DNA of 64,000 nt, taken from positions 1-64,000 of the forward strand of contig JBOFUV010000101.1 of NCBI GenBank assembly GCA_051652765.1. Reading direction: 5' to 3'. Under the pieces are notes generated by a model. That model worked only from the letters and a program-made list of their open reading frames with translations. It was not told the origin of the DNA and did not search any database. Shown in pieces: positions 42,218-52,174 of this stretch. Position 1 is the stretch's first letter. Each line of letters starts with the position of its first letter. Source of the stretch: Microcoleaceae cyanobacterium (GTDB taxonomy: Bacteria; Cyanobacteriota; Cyanobacteriia; Cyanobacteriales; Microcoleaceae). Position numbers and translations under genes: made by a program.

Positions 42218-43303
42218 ATGAAAGCTCTCAACGCAAAAAATATTGCTGGTACCTTAGTTACAACAGCTTGCTTGATTTCTGGTCTAGGACAAGTTGCAAA
42301 TGCTGCAGATTTCAAAACAGTTGGTTCAGACTGGAACATTGTGCGTGACTCCTTCAAAGATGGTACTGATGGAGCGATCGGTGGTGTTGGTAGTCCCAGC
42401 CTTTACGAAATCTTCGGGATTGCGGTCAAAGAGAACCAGGGTCGAGTTTCTGTGGCAATCAATGCCAATATTCCTCTGATTGGCAATCGTAACAGTCATG
42501 CTGCCGATGGCAATATTGGCTTTGGAGACTTGTTCTTGAACTTCTCTGGCAAGAACTTCAAGGATGCCAGCGCCGCAGGAGAACTATTTGGAGTTCGCTT
42601 TGCTGGAACCAATGACTCTGAAGCCGGAAAAGTTGGGGTCTATGGAAACGTTCAAGCCAAGAGTGTCATCCAGGCAAACAGCGGTTGGTCTAGCTTCAGC
42701 AGCTACCAAGGTTGGGTAGAAAGCGATAATAAAGACAAGACTTCTGGTGCAACTGGAACCAAGAAAGGAGAAGTCGGATTCGGCGATTTGAATGCTACTG
42801 AAGCACGTACCTATCTGACTCAAGAAACCGTTACTAAGCAGGTGAAAAAGAAGATTCAAGTTCCTGAAACCTCTACTGTTAAGGTCAAGAGAAATGGTCA
42901 ATGGGTTTGGGAAGAGCAAACCAAAATGGTTTCTAAAACTATCTATGAAACTGTGGCAGAGCAGAAAATCAACGACGGTAACTACGGCATTCAGAACGTG
43001 ATTGCGTCCGGAGACTTCCTGGGTAAAATTAAAATGCTCTCTGCAACTGACTTGCAAGGACTAGACTTCGGTACCACTGACACAACTCTCTTTGGCAAAG
43101 CTCAAACGTTCGGGTTTAGCTTTGACCAATCCCTGCTACCGGATGGAGATGCTCTGATCAGTTTATTGGCTGAGTGCGCTAACGATGGTGTTGCAATGGC
43201 CGCCAGCTTTGAAACCAAGGACGTGCCTGAGCCTACAACCGTTACTGGATTGGCATTTTTAGGATTGGCCTTAGTAGGTGGCAAGCTTCGTAAGAAAGCC
43301 TAA
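42218..43303 (+). CDS. PEP-CTERM (exosortase-sorted) surface protein, XDD3-like
   Basis: Signal peptide; DSFKDG, GDLFLNFSG, ECANDGVA; VPEP + TM + basic tail RKKA. Confidence 0.88.
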   Translation: MKALNAKNIAGTLVTTACLISGLGQVANAADFKTVGSDWNIVRDSFKDGTDGAIGGVGSPSLYEIFGIAVKENQGRVSVAINANIPLIGNRNSHAADGNIGFGDLFLNFSGKNFKDASAAGELFGVRFAGTNDSEAGKVGVYGNVQAKSVIQANSGWSSFSSYQGWVESDNKDKTSGATGTKKGEVGFGDLNATEARTYLTQETVTKQVKKKIQVPETSTVKVKRNGQWVWEEQTKMVSKTIYETVAEQKINDGNYGIQNVIASGDFLGKIKMLSATDLQGLDFGTTDTTLFGKAQTFGFSFDQSLLPDGDALISLLAECANDGVAMAASFETKDVPEPTTVTGLAFLGLALVGGKLRKKA

Positions 43304-43403
43304 GTCAAAGGACTAGTACTCTGTCGCAGTAGTGTTGCAGGGTATTGGCCAAAGTTGCTTAGAAAGGGTTGCTTAGAAAAAGTTTCATGGTAATCCTGTA
43401 ATC

Positions 43404-43434
43404 AAGGGGAGATGGTTAGTCATCTCCCCTTTTC
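43404..43434 (+). terminator. Rho-independent terminator
   Basis: AAGGGGAGATG-GTTAGT-CATCTCCCCTT followed by TTC. Confidence 0.8.
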
Positions 43435-43737
43435 TGTTCTGAAGCTCTTGAAAATCAGAACTGAAACTGCTTATTGCTCGAGAACTAAGGCGTTCAAATT
43501 CATGGCTGGTGAGGCGATCGCTATGTTCTAGGGGAGGATGGTAACCTGAAGCCAAAGGGAACTTGACATGACTAACTCCTTCATAGAAAACATCAGGCCA
43601 TCAGAAATTCAAGTTTACTGTATCCTGATTAACTAGAACGCAGGGGTAAGAGCTTAGGTTCGGATGGCTAGTAATCCGGTAAATCTTGACATGGGTTGCT
43701 GTTGATAAAGGTTCTATATGATAGAATTGCTTGACAT

Positions 43738-44949
43738 TTGGAGAGTTTGACCAGGCAAATAAAACATTGTTATTCGCGCAGGATCATAGTAGTGAGTAAG
43801 TTTCAAGAAGGGAATCAGTTAGTCCGCAGTGGCAAGTTAGAAGAAGCAGTCGCTGCTTATCAGGAATCAATTCAACAGAATCCCAAGTTTTCATGGTCAT
43901 ATCATAATTTGGGAGAAGCTTTGTGGAAGTTAGATCGTACGCAAGAAGCACTCATAGCATATCGAAAAGCAATGGAGTTGAATCCGACTGCTAGTCGGTT
44001 CCACTATCATTTAGGTGAAATTTTAGAACGGCTTGGAAAGCAACAGGCAGCCACAGTTAGTTTAGATAGTGTTCAAAGTTGTCAGGTATCAGTAGATTTC
44101 TTAAATCGGCAAGAGACTTTTGAGAATATAGGTTCAGCATCCAAATCAGTGATTGAAACCAAACTAGAACTGGTAACACCTCATCATATTCAGACAAATA
44201 GTCATCGTTCAAAAGAGCATGAACCAACTGATATTAAACAGGAAGAATATCAGGCTACGAGGATACAGCAAGCAGAGCATTATTTTGAGCTGGGCAAACA
44301 GAAGGAAGGGCAAAAGAACTGGCAAGAAGCAGTCTCTTTATATCAGCAGGCAGTTGAATTAAATTCTGAAGCAGGCCATATTTATCATCACTTGGGATAT
44401 GTATTATCTCAAATGAAAAGATGGTCAGAAGCAATTTACTTTTACCAAAAAGCATTAGAATTAAATCCGGACTCAGCTATGGTTTATCACCATCTTGGAG
44501 AAGCATTTGAATCTCAAGGCAAACTGAAGGAGGCCGTAAGTTGCTATTCGAAAATGGGTCAAATTAAGGCTGGAGAGTACAAAATTGGAGAAGCAATTGG
44601 TGCTTATCGTCGTGCGATAAAAATAGAGCCTGATGCTCACATGTTGTACCACTATCTTGGAGATGCTTTGTTAATGGCAGGTCAGGAGAGACAAGCAGTG
44701 GAGGAGTATCGATATGCTATTGGGCTTAATTCAAACTTTCCTTATACCTACAATAATTTAGGAGATGCTCTTAGCAAGCTTGGACGGTTTGAGGAAGCAA
44801 TTGCTTCTTACTACCATGGCATAGAGTTGGATCCAAATTACTCTTGGGTTCATCATAATTTGGGAGATGCCTTAGCAAAAACAGGTCATATTAACGAGGC
44901 AAGCATTTCTTACCGTCGTGCTCTGCAGCTTAACCCTAAAATTTCATAG
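43738..44949 (+). CDS. TPR repeat protein (start possibly GTG 43792)
   Basis: Multiple YHNLGEAL...A...YxKAxELNP repeats. Confidence 0.88.
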   Translation: MESLTRQIKHCYSRRIIVVSKFQEGNQLVRSGKLEEAVAAYQESIQQNPKFSWSYHNLGEALWKLDRTQEALIAYRKAMELNPTASRFHYHLGEILERLGKQQAATVSLDSVQSCQVSVDFLNRQETFENIGSASKSVIETKLELVTPHHIQTNSHRSKEHEPTDIKQEEYQATRIQQAEHYFELGKQKEGQKNWQEAVSLYQQAVELNSEAGHIYHHLGYVLSQMKRWSEAIYFYQKALELNPDSAMVYHHLGEAFESQGKLKEAVSCYSKMGQIKAGEYKIGEAIGAYRRAIKIEPDAHMLYHYLGDALLMAGQERQAVEEYRYAIGLNSNFPYTYNNLGDALSKLGRFEEAIASYYHGIELDPNYSWVHHNLGDALAKTGHINEASISYRRALQLNPKIS

Positions 44950-44977
44950 GCTTGTTCCTGAAATAAGTAACATAGTT

Positions 44978-45742
44978 CTAGGAATTTACCTGGTCTCCTT
45001 CACCTGGATAGGTAGCGTTTATATAGTTTATATAGCTTTCTCTCCAGGAGTTAATTTGAGATGACATAGTTTCTTCATGGGGAGCTAAGTAAGATTTCAT
45101 AAGTCTAAAAGGGCTTGATTCTTTTACAAAAGCCATATCCACTTGCCACAAAGCACCATCTGAGGGACGCCACAGAAAATCAATGATGTCGTAAATAACA
45201 AAGCCTTGTGATCGCATAAAATCAATGACATCGTGAACTTGGATAAAGAAAGTTACCTCTATAACAACATACTCCGCTTGTTTAAGAACTTGCATTGCAC
45301 CCGTTAAGACATCGACTTCATTACCATCCACATCTATCTTAATCAGATATGGCCCCTGCAAACCTCGCTCTGCACACACCTGATCTAATGTGACTCCTTG
45401 TACAATCCTTAAACCCGAGTTATTAGTGGTTTCAGATATGTCACGAGTAGTTGAAAACACCAAGTCGCTACTATAGGCCAAACCAACTGACCCGGGTTGC
45501 TTTGTAGCAGCTCCAATAATGTATTCAGCATCTGTCAGGTTCTGACAGATTTTTGCTAAATGAGGGCCATTCTCTTCAATTGGTTCTATTAAAATATGTT
45601 TTGCATTTGGAAAGGTGTTATACAGTTCGAAAGTTCCAACAGCAGCACCTACATCAATCACAACCTTCGGATTAAATCCCAAATTCTTCACCTGATTCAG
45701 CGATCCCAACTTCGACAATCGAGATATCTGCTGTTCCGTCAT
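44978..45742 (-). CDS. FkbM-family SAM methyltransferase
   Basis: VIDVGAAVG, LIEP, TLD, LIKIDVDGNE.DVL.G. Confidence 0.88.
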   Translation of the reverse strand: MTEQQISRLSKLGSLNQVKNLGFNPKVVIDVGAAVGTFELYNTFPNAKHILIEPIEENGPHLAKICQNLTDAEYIIGAATKQPGSVGLAYSSDLVFSTTRDISETTNNSGLRIVQGVTLDQVCAERGLQGPYLIKIDVDGNEVDVLTGAMQVLKQAEYVVIEVTFFIQVHDVIDFMRSQGFVIYDIIDFLWRPSDGALWQVDMAFVKESSPFRLMKSYLAPHEETMSSQINSWRESYINYINATYPGEGDQVNS

Positions 45743-45801
45743 ATAAAACCTCTTTTAAATTTCAACTCATTCTTAACTCGTGTATTATAGCTAACTCTCT
45801 G

Positions 45802-47586
45802 TTACTTCACTAAACTTTCTGGAACCAATTTAGTTGTTTCTTCCAACTCCTCCTGAAGTTGTTGAGCAGTCTTTTTCCAAGCTTTATACTGATTGTTGAA
45901 CCATTCTTTCTCATTCTGAACTTGTTGAAGCTTAGATTCTGTAGAGTGTAGGAATTTTAGAATTGCTTGCTGATCATAAGGTGTTCCATACCTAATAGGA
46001 TTACAGGTTCGCTCCAAAGTTTTAATGAACTGAATACAAATACGAGAGAGCTTGCTTTTTAACTCATCTGGCTCGTTATCGAGCATTTCTTGAAATGAGA
46101 GAGAAAGCTTGGGCAAAAAGAATTCTGTAAAATGAATTCCCATCTTTTTCCAAAGTTCATCACTATAGTTGGCAGGATGCTTAACATGATAAGCAACTGT
46201 TGGAGACAAGTATTTCAACTGGACACCTTGTTGTAGCATCATACAAGGAACAAAATAATCCCACCAAGGCAAGCCCAAACAAAATTTAGAAGGAGGGAAC
46301 AGATTCAAGAAATCTTTATTTAAGAAAAACACATCAAAACCGTGAATAAAAACTTCCCCATCTAAATGCTCCTGAGCATCAATATCAACTCTTGACCCAA
46401 AAACCATTGATTCTTTTGCATGGTCAAGAACAAACGACATAAAATTTCTATCTGCCTTAAGCTGAATATCCGAGTTGATAATGCCACAAATATCCGTACC
46501 ATTTTCTCGCAGGTACTGGAAAACATCATCAACATAAACCAAAGGTCTGCCTGCTTCTTGTCTGGCATCTCGACTCACAGTATGAAATTCAATGCCCTTA
46601 ATACCCTCATATAAAGGTTGTAATTGCTGAACTTCTTCATAGTTATTCAAAGATATAACTTTAAATCCCAGAGAGATCCAACTATCAATTGCTGCACTTT
46701 GTTTTTCAAAACCTTTAGGAGCAATACTTGTCACTAGAACAATTTCATCAATTAAGCCAAGCCTCTGTCTTGTCTCTATAATCTCGTGGTTAGTAAAAGT
46801 TATCGGCTGCGGAGCGGGGATATGATGAGCTTGACTGACATAGCTGGTTTGTTCAATCTCTTGATTGATCGCAAGCTCAACTTCATTCATATACTGATCA
46901 AAGAACAATTTGGAACGTTGTTCATCGTAGGAACGAAACCCACCAATTAAGTCATCAACAACGAAAAGCTGTGCATGACGAGAGAACCGCAACCAAAGTT
47001 CAAAGTCAGCAGCCAACTTCAAGTTTTCCGAAAGTTTTCCTCCCACTTTGTTCCAGAGAGAACGCTTCCAGAATGTACTTTCTTGCTGTATAAACCATCT
47101 TTTTGCAAAAGTTTTTTCGATCAGGTACTGTCGTGACCAGTGAGGAACCCCTTCCGCCACCATTTCTAGCCGCCCTGCTCGGTTCCAAGTTGTAGCTTTG
47201 CCCGTTACCCACTCTATTGTCTCTCCGCTTTCAAGAGCAGTGAGAACTTTAAGAAAAGCATCAGGATGATACTTATCGTCAGAATTCAACCAGGCCATGA
47301 TTTCACCTGTTGTCCTGCTGAATCCTGTATTTAATGCAATGTAGTGACCCCCGTCAAGTTGACTCTGCCAATAAGTAAGATATTTCTCATATCTCTTGAT
47401 GATTAGAACAGAGATATCACTGCTGCCCCCATCCATAATAATGTACTCCAAGTTAGGATACCCTTGGGAAAGGATAGAATCAATGCATTCCTCAAGAAAC
47501 TCGCCTTGGTTGAATGAGGGAGTAACGATCGAAATTTTTGGGCAGGGCCTTTGAACTATAACGGTTAAGGGACGTGGATCTGTCAT
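45802..47586 (-). CDS. GT2 glycosyltransferase + second GT-like domain + C-terminal coiled coil
   Basis: ISIVTPSFNQG, DGGSSD, WLNSDD, QQESTFW; second domain GIINSDI, GFDVF, PWWDY. Confidence 0.88.
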   Translation of the reverse strand: MTDPRPLTVIVQRPCPKISIVTPSFNQGEFLEECIDSILSQGYPNLEYIIMDGGSSDISVLIIKRYEKYLTYWQSQLDGGHYIALNTGFSRTTGEIMAWLNSDDKYHPDAFLKVLTALESGETIEWVTGKATTWNRAGRLEMVAEGVPHWSRQYLIEKTFAKRWFIQQESTFWKRSLWNKVGGKLSENLKLAADFELWLRFSRHAQLFVVDDLIGGFRSYDEQRSKLFFDQYMNEVELAINQEIEQTSYVSQAHHIPAPQPITFTNHEIIETRQRLGLIDEIVLVTSIAPKGFEKQSAAIDSWISLGFKVISLNNYEEVQQLQPLYEGIKGIEFHTVSRDARQEAGRPLVYVDDVFQYLRENGTDICGIINSDIQLKADRNFMSFVLDHAKESMVFGSRVDIDAQEHLDGEVFIHGFDVFFLNKDFLNLFPPSKFCLGLPWWDYFVPCMMLQQGVQLKYLSPTVAYHVKHPANYSDELWKKMGIHFTEFFLPKLSLSFQEMLDNEPDELKSKLSRICIQFIKTLERTCNPIRYGTPYDQQAILKFLHSTESKLQQVQNEKEWFNNQYKAWKKTAQQLQEELEETTKLVPESLVK

Positions 47587-47770
47587 TGACTAATGTATGG
47601 TGCTCAGAGAAATTTCTATACAACGAGTTAACAGTTTAATATACAATAATTCCAATATGCGACATGGTTATTCATGTAAAAGTTAGAGGTGACTAGAACG
47701 GATAGTAGAAGCCAGGGTTACTAATGTCAAGCGTAGCTGTATTTTTGCTGAGTCAGCAAAAAGCGCCTAT

Positions 47771-49030
47771 ATGCATTTTTCGGAGTTCAGTATTTTTTAC
47801 AAGATTCTAACAATGTTCGCTTCGGCTCCACAATATCAACTTAATCAGTCTTTATTCAAGAGTACTGATGTTTTTTTGGTATCCTATCCTCGGTCAGGCA
47901 ATACATGGGTAAGACTCTTACTGAGCGATGTTCTTCTACAATTGCATGGTGTAGAAACACGAACCGGAGGTAACATCATCCCTGACCCTTACAAACAGAA
48001 TGTCGAATCCTGGGATAAGGACAACCGAATTCAGCTTCCTTTTCGGATTATAAAGTCCCATGAACCCTACACAAGTTTTTACAAAAAAGTTATTTATATA
48101 TTCCGAAATCCGCTGGATTGCCTTGTCTCATTATACTACTATCATCTCAGATATGATTGGTTTAGAGAAGAGATGCTTGAGTTAGATAAATTTTGCATTG
48201 ACAGAGTTGGTAGTTGGTGTCAGCATGTCAATATTTACATGGAAGCAAAAGAAAGGGATCCCAGTGATATCATCTTTGTTTCTTATGAAAAATTGCACTC
48301 AAGCCCTATAGAAGTTGTACGGTTTATTGTTGAGCTTTTGGGCTGGCAAGATCCTGGTGAGGTATGTCAACGAGCAGTGAATAATCAAACATTTGGAAAA
48401 GTTAAGCAGTTGTCGAAGCTAGAAGATTCAAAGCAAATGGGATTTTGGGAAGATGAAGGCTATCAAAACTTTTTTCGTAAGGGGAAAGTCGATAGTTCCT
48501 ATCAGGAATTATCCACAGATGTGATTAGAAATCTGGAAGCTCAAGCTTTAGGAACTTATAGGAAAGCAAAGAGTTTTGAGCCTGTTTTTTCGAGGGACTT
48601 TTTAGGGGAAGTTCTCTATAAAAAAGTGCTTCGAGGACAGCAAAATCATGTTAGTGCCTCTGCAATCTACTTAGAAACTGCCAAAAAACTTCAACGAGAG
48701 GGTAAATTTGCAGACTCAATCAATAGATACAACAAGGCCATAGAACTTAATCCTTCAGCTTGGGCATACAATGGCTTAGGAGAAAGTTTAGTAAAGTTAG
48801 GACATTGGCCTGAAGCAATTAACGCCTATTGTCAAGCAATCAGCCTCAATCCTAAAACTGCCTCATTTCATTACAAACTAGCTGAGATTCTGAGTCAACA
48901 AGGGAGCAAGCACGAGGCCCTTACTCATTATCAATGCGCCGTAGAACTTAGCCCAAAGCATAGCTTGTTTCGTCGAAAACTAGAGAATGCTCGTCTTGCA
49001 ACATTATCTATCAGTGCCAATGAAACTTGA
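47771..49030 (+). CDS. Sulfotransferase with C-terminal TPRs
   Basis: 5'-PSB SYPRSGNTW, KSH, 3'-PB RNPLDCLVS, FFRKGKV; three TPRs. Confidence 0.9.
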   Translation: MHFSEFSIFYKILTMFASAPQYQLNQSLFKSTDVFLVSYPRSGNTWVRLLLSDVLLQLHGVETRTGGNIIPDPYKQNVESWDKDNRIQLPFRIIKSHEPYTSFYKKVIYIFRNPLDCLVSLYYYHLRYDWFREEMLELDKFCIDRVGSWCQHVNIYMEAKERDPSDIIFVSYEKLHSSPIEVVRFIVELLGWQDPGEVCQRAVNNQTFGKVKQLSKLEDSKQMGFWEDEGYQNFFRKGKVDSSYQELSTDVIRNLEAQALGTYRKAKSFEPVFSRDFLGEVLYKKVLRGQQNHVSASAIYLETAKKLQREGKFADSINRYNKAIELNPSAWAYNGLGESLVKLGHWPEAINAYCQAISLNPKTASFHYKLAEILSQQGSKHEALTHYQCAVELSPKHSLFRRKLENARLATLSISANET

Positions 49031-50237
49031 TCTTCATGCTCTTTGTCAGAAACATCGCATTATGCCACGGGGTGTCATTCATGTTGGTTCTTACGATGGA
49101 CAAGACATTAAGCGCTATCCCATCCCCGAAGCAGCAGAAATTCTGATCGTTGAAGCCAATCCCACTGTAGCTCAACAACTTCAAACTCACTTTGCACGTA
49201 CATCAAGTATTCGAGTAGTCAACTTTGCAATCAGTGATCATAGCAATACTGCTACTCTGTATATTCCTGCAATTGAATCCAATAGCTCTATATTGCCCTT
49301 TACGGGATATCAAGACATTTATCCTAATCTTAAAGAAACTCGACAAATCACTGTTGAATCTCACACCCTTAGCACTTTGTTGGCTGAACTTCACCTTGAT
49401 CCGGCAAACTTTAACCTGCTTTACCTCAACATCCAAGGTGCTGAACTCTTAGCTCTCCAAGGGGCAAGTCAGTTATTAAAACAGATTGAAGCCATTTACA
49501 CCACTATTAGTTATCAGGAACTCTTTGAGGGTGGAGCCTTGATTGACCAAGTGGATGCTTTTCTGGAACAATATCATTTCCGCCGCGTTGCCCAAGCAAA
49601 TCCCTATCATCCCGCTTGGGGAGAGGTATTCTATGTTTACCAATCCACAGATTCACTTGGGATTGCTCATACTTCTCAAAGTACTCAAATACAAAAGTTG
49701 CAAGAAGAATTAGACCAGCTTCAGTCCCAATTTCAACACGTTCAAACTGAGCGAGACCAACTCCAGTCTCAATTTCAGCACGTTCAAGCTGAGCGAGACC
49801 AACTCCAGTCCCAATTTCAGCACGTTCAAGCTGAGCGAGACCAACTCCAGTCTCAATTTCAGCATGTTCAAACTGAGCGAGACCAACTCCAGTCTCAATT
49901 TCAGCACGTTCAAGCTGAGCAAGACCAACTCCAGTCTCAATTTCAGCACGTTCAAACTGAGCGCGACCAAACTTTTTCTGAACTACATCAGGCCCGTGAA
50001 GAGTTGGAAATTACTCAATTCCAATTAGATGAAATTCAAATAGAACTAGACCACTCTCAGTCCAGACTGCACCAAGTTCAGGCAGAGCTAGAACAAGTTC
50101 AAGTTCAATTACATCAAACTCAAGCCGAATTAACAATACAAGGTAAGGATGATGCTAGAACTGACTGTTCCGAACATGTTAGAACTTTAGCCCGGATCTT
50201 GGCTGAGACTCTGGAAACTAGGGATCAAGTATCTTAA
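49020..50237 (+). CDS. FkbM-family methyltransferase with repeat coiled-coil tail
   Basis: IHVGSYDG, VEANP, LNIQGAELLALQG; start ATG 49020 overlaps the upstream stop. Confidence 0.85.
   Translation: MKLDLHALCQKHRIMPRGVIHVGSYDGQDIKRYPIPEAAEILIVEANPTVAQQLQTHFARTSSIRVVNFAISDHSNTATLYIPAIESNSSILPFTGYQDIYPNLKETRQITVESHTLSTLLAELHLDPANFNLLYLNIQGAELLALQGASQLLKQIEAIYTTISYQELFEGGALIDQVDAFLEQYHFRRVAQANPYHPAWGEVFYVYQSTDSLGIAHTSQSTQIQKLQEELDQLQSQFQHVQTERDQLQSQFQHVQAERDQLQSQFQHVQAERDQLQSQFQHVQTERDQLQSQFQHVQAEQDQLQSQFQHVQTERDQTFSELHQAREELEITQFQLDEIQIELDHSQSRLHQVQAELEQVQVQLHQTQAELTIQGKDDARTDCSEHVRTLARILAETLETRDQVS
49713..49970 (+). repeat. 42-bp in-frame tandem repeat x6 (DQLQSQFQHVQ(T/A)E(R/Q))
   Basis: direct reading; two heptads per unit. 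Confidence 0.95.
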
Positions 50238-50262
50238 TAAGCTCATTAAAAATGTAGGCTTT

Positions 50263-52077
50263 ATGAATTTCTTCAAAAAACTCTCGATTGTCTTTGCAGG
50301 TCGTAACGATTCTTATGGGGGAGATTTTAAGACAAAAGTCCTTGCAACTTGGAAGCGTAACTATACTGAAATGTTACAACGGGGAATTGAGGGAGAATGG
50401 GTCTTTGTTGAGTGGAATCCCTTAGATGAAAACTATTTCTCCTATATTTTAGCGCCTTTAGGATTTAGATGTTACATCGTTTCTCAAAAAATTCATCAAC
50501 AAGTTTGTACTAATCCTCAGATGAATTTCATGCAATTTTTTGCTAAAAATGTCGGGATTCGCAGAGCCACCCATCCTTGGATCATTTTAACTAATGCTGA
50601 CGTGATTTTTGGCAAAGATATTCTGGATTTTATTTGTCAAAATGAGCTAGATGAAAATTTGATTTATCGAGCAGAACGTCGAGATATTCAGTCTGGTTTA
50701 TACACTGCATCTTTTGAACAGATGATAGATAAGACAGTAATGTACTACGATACAAATGGAGGAATAGATTTTGTTCGGGGAGCAGGAGATTTCACATTAT
50801 ATAACAGACAAAAAATTTCCTATGGGCATGATGAGAATATTAGAGATTCAGATGTTTATATTGATATTCGTTTTCTTTATAATTATAAGGCAATTCATGG
50901 CTTAAATGACTTCTCATTCATTAAGTTTATTGGCACTGTTTTTAAAGAGGATCACTCTCTGACTTGGCGACATATATCTCATTTGTCGGCCTCTCATAAA
51001 GGCTTGAATAAAAGAGAGGAATATCTTTACTGTAACCATCCCTATTCTTTGCCTCCGGATTGGGGCTTGGTCGAATCTTCTGCTAGAGAAATTGGCCAGA
51101 ATATTTGGCTCTTAGAATCTCTGGAAACCAAGATATACCTTATGCCAAAAACTTTTAAAGTCATAGCTTTGCTAACCGTTCGCAATGAAGAGATGTATCT
51201 CGATCGTTGTTTAAATCATCTTTATAATGAGGGAATTGAAACTTGTCTGATTGACAATAGCTCTAGTGATTGTACCTTGGAAATTGCTCAAAGCTTCTTC
51301 AATAGAGGCGTGATTAGAATTGAACATTTTCCTTTTGATGGAAAATTTGAACTGCAAAAAATCTGTCGCAATGAAGAGCGTCTAGCTCGAGAGATTAATG
51401 CAGACTGGTTTATGCATCATGATGCTGATGAAATTCGTCAAGCTCCTGCACCTTATAAAACGTTACTAGAAGGGATAAAAGATGCAGATTCTCAAGGCTA
51501 TAATGCAATTAACTTTGACGAGTTTGTTTTTCTTCCAACAGAAGATGAAGAGTGCTTTGAGGGTAGAGATTATGTTGAAGAGATGAAATACTATTATTTT
51601 TTTGAACCGACACCCCAACGCAGAATTAATATATGGAAAAAAACAAATGAAATTGAACTTTATAGCAGTGGAGGCCATCAAGCTGATTTCTTAGGGCGTA
51701 GGGTATTTCCAACTTCTTTTATCCTGCGCCACTATATTGTACTCAGTCGAAATCATGCGATCACCAAATATACAAAACGAATTCACTCAGAGGCAGACTT
51801 GTCTAAGGGATGGATGCTTGATCGCGCCAACTTTACTCCTGAAAAACTTAACTTTCCCAGCAAAAACCAGCTCAAAAGAATAAATGAATCAGGAATCTGG
51901 GATAAATCATATCCCTGGACAGAACATACCTTTCTCTTGGCGAAATCTTGTATGGTAACAATAAGCCCTAATCAGGATAGCCATCTAGCCATAATTCGAG
52001 AGAAACTTTCCCAGTCAAAAGCTAGATTAGCTCGAATGGAAGCCGATTTTAAATCAATTCAATCAGACTCTCAATAA
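50263..52077 (+). CDS. Two-domain glycosyltransferase (GT-A-like + GT2 family)
   Basis: GRND.YGG, KNVGIRRA, TNADVIF; second domain VRNEE, IDNSSSD, HHDADE, LRHY. Confidence 0.82.
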   Translation: MNFFKKLSIVFAGRNDSYGGDFKTKVLATWKRNYTEMLQRGIEGEWVFVEWNPLDENYFSYILAPLGFRCYIVSQKIHQQVCTNPQMNFMQFFAKNVGIRRATHPWIILTNADVIFGKDILDFICQNELDENLIYRAERRDIQSGLYTASFEQMIDKTVMYYDTNGGIDFVRGAGDFTLYNRQKISYGHDENIRDSDVYIDIRFLYNYKAIHGLNDFSFIKFIGTVFKEDHSLTWRHISHLSASHKGLNKREEYLYCNHPYSLPPDWGLVESSAREIGQNIWLLESLETKIYLMPKTFKVIALLTVRNEEMYLDRCLNHLYNEGIETCLIDNSSSDCTLEIAQSFFNRGVIRIEHFPFDGKFELQKICRNEERLAREINADWFMHHDADEIRQAPAPYKTLLEGIKDADSQGYNAINFDEFVFLPTEDEECFEGRDYVEEMKYYYFFEPTPQRRINIWKKTNEIELYSSGGHQADFLGRRVFPTSFILRHYIVLSRNHAITKYTKRIHSEADLSKGWMLDRANFTPEKLNFPSKNQLKRINESGIWDKSYPWTEHTFLLAKSCMVTISPNQDSHLAIIREKLSQSKARLARMEADFKSIQSDSQ

Positions 52078-52174
52078 ATTTTGATTTCATTTGTCTTAAG
52101 TTCTCCTGAACTGGCATGATTAGAAAGTATAACCACGCTAAGTTTGACCAAAAACAAAAACTTACATCAGATTC

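Noticed and set aside
49710..49970. Leu-rich 86-aa minus-strand ORF
   Set aside because: It is simply the antisense reading of the 42-bp repeat.
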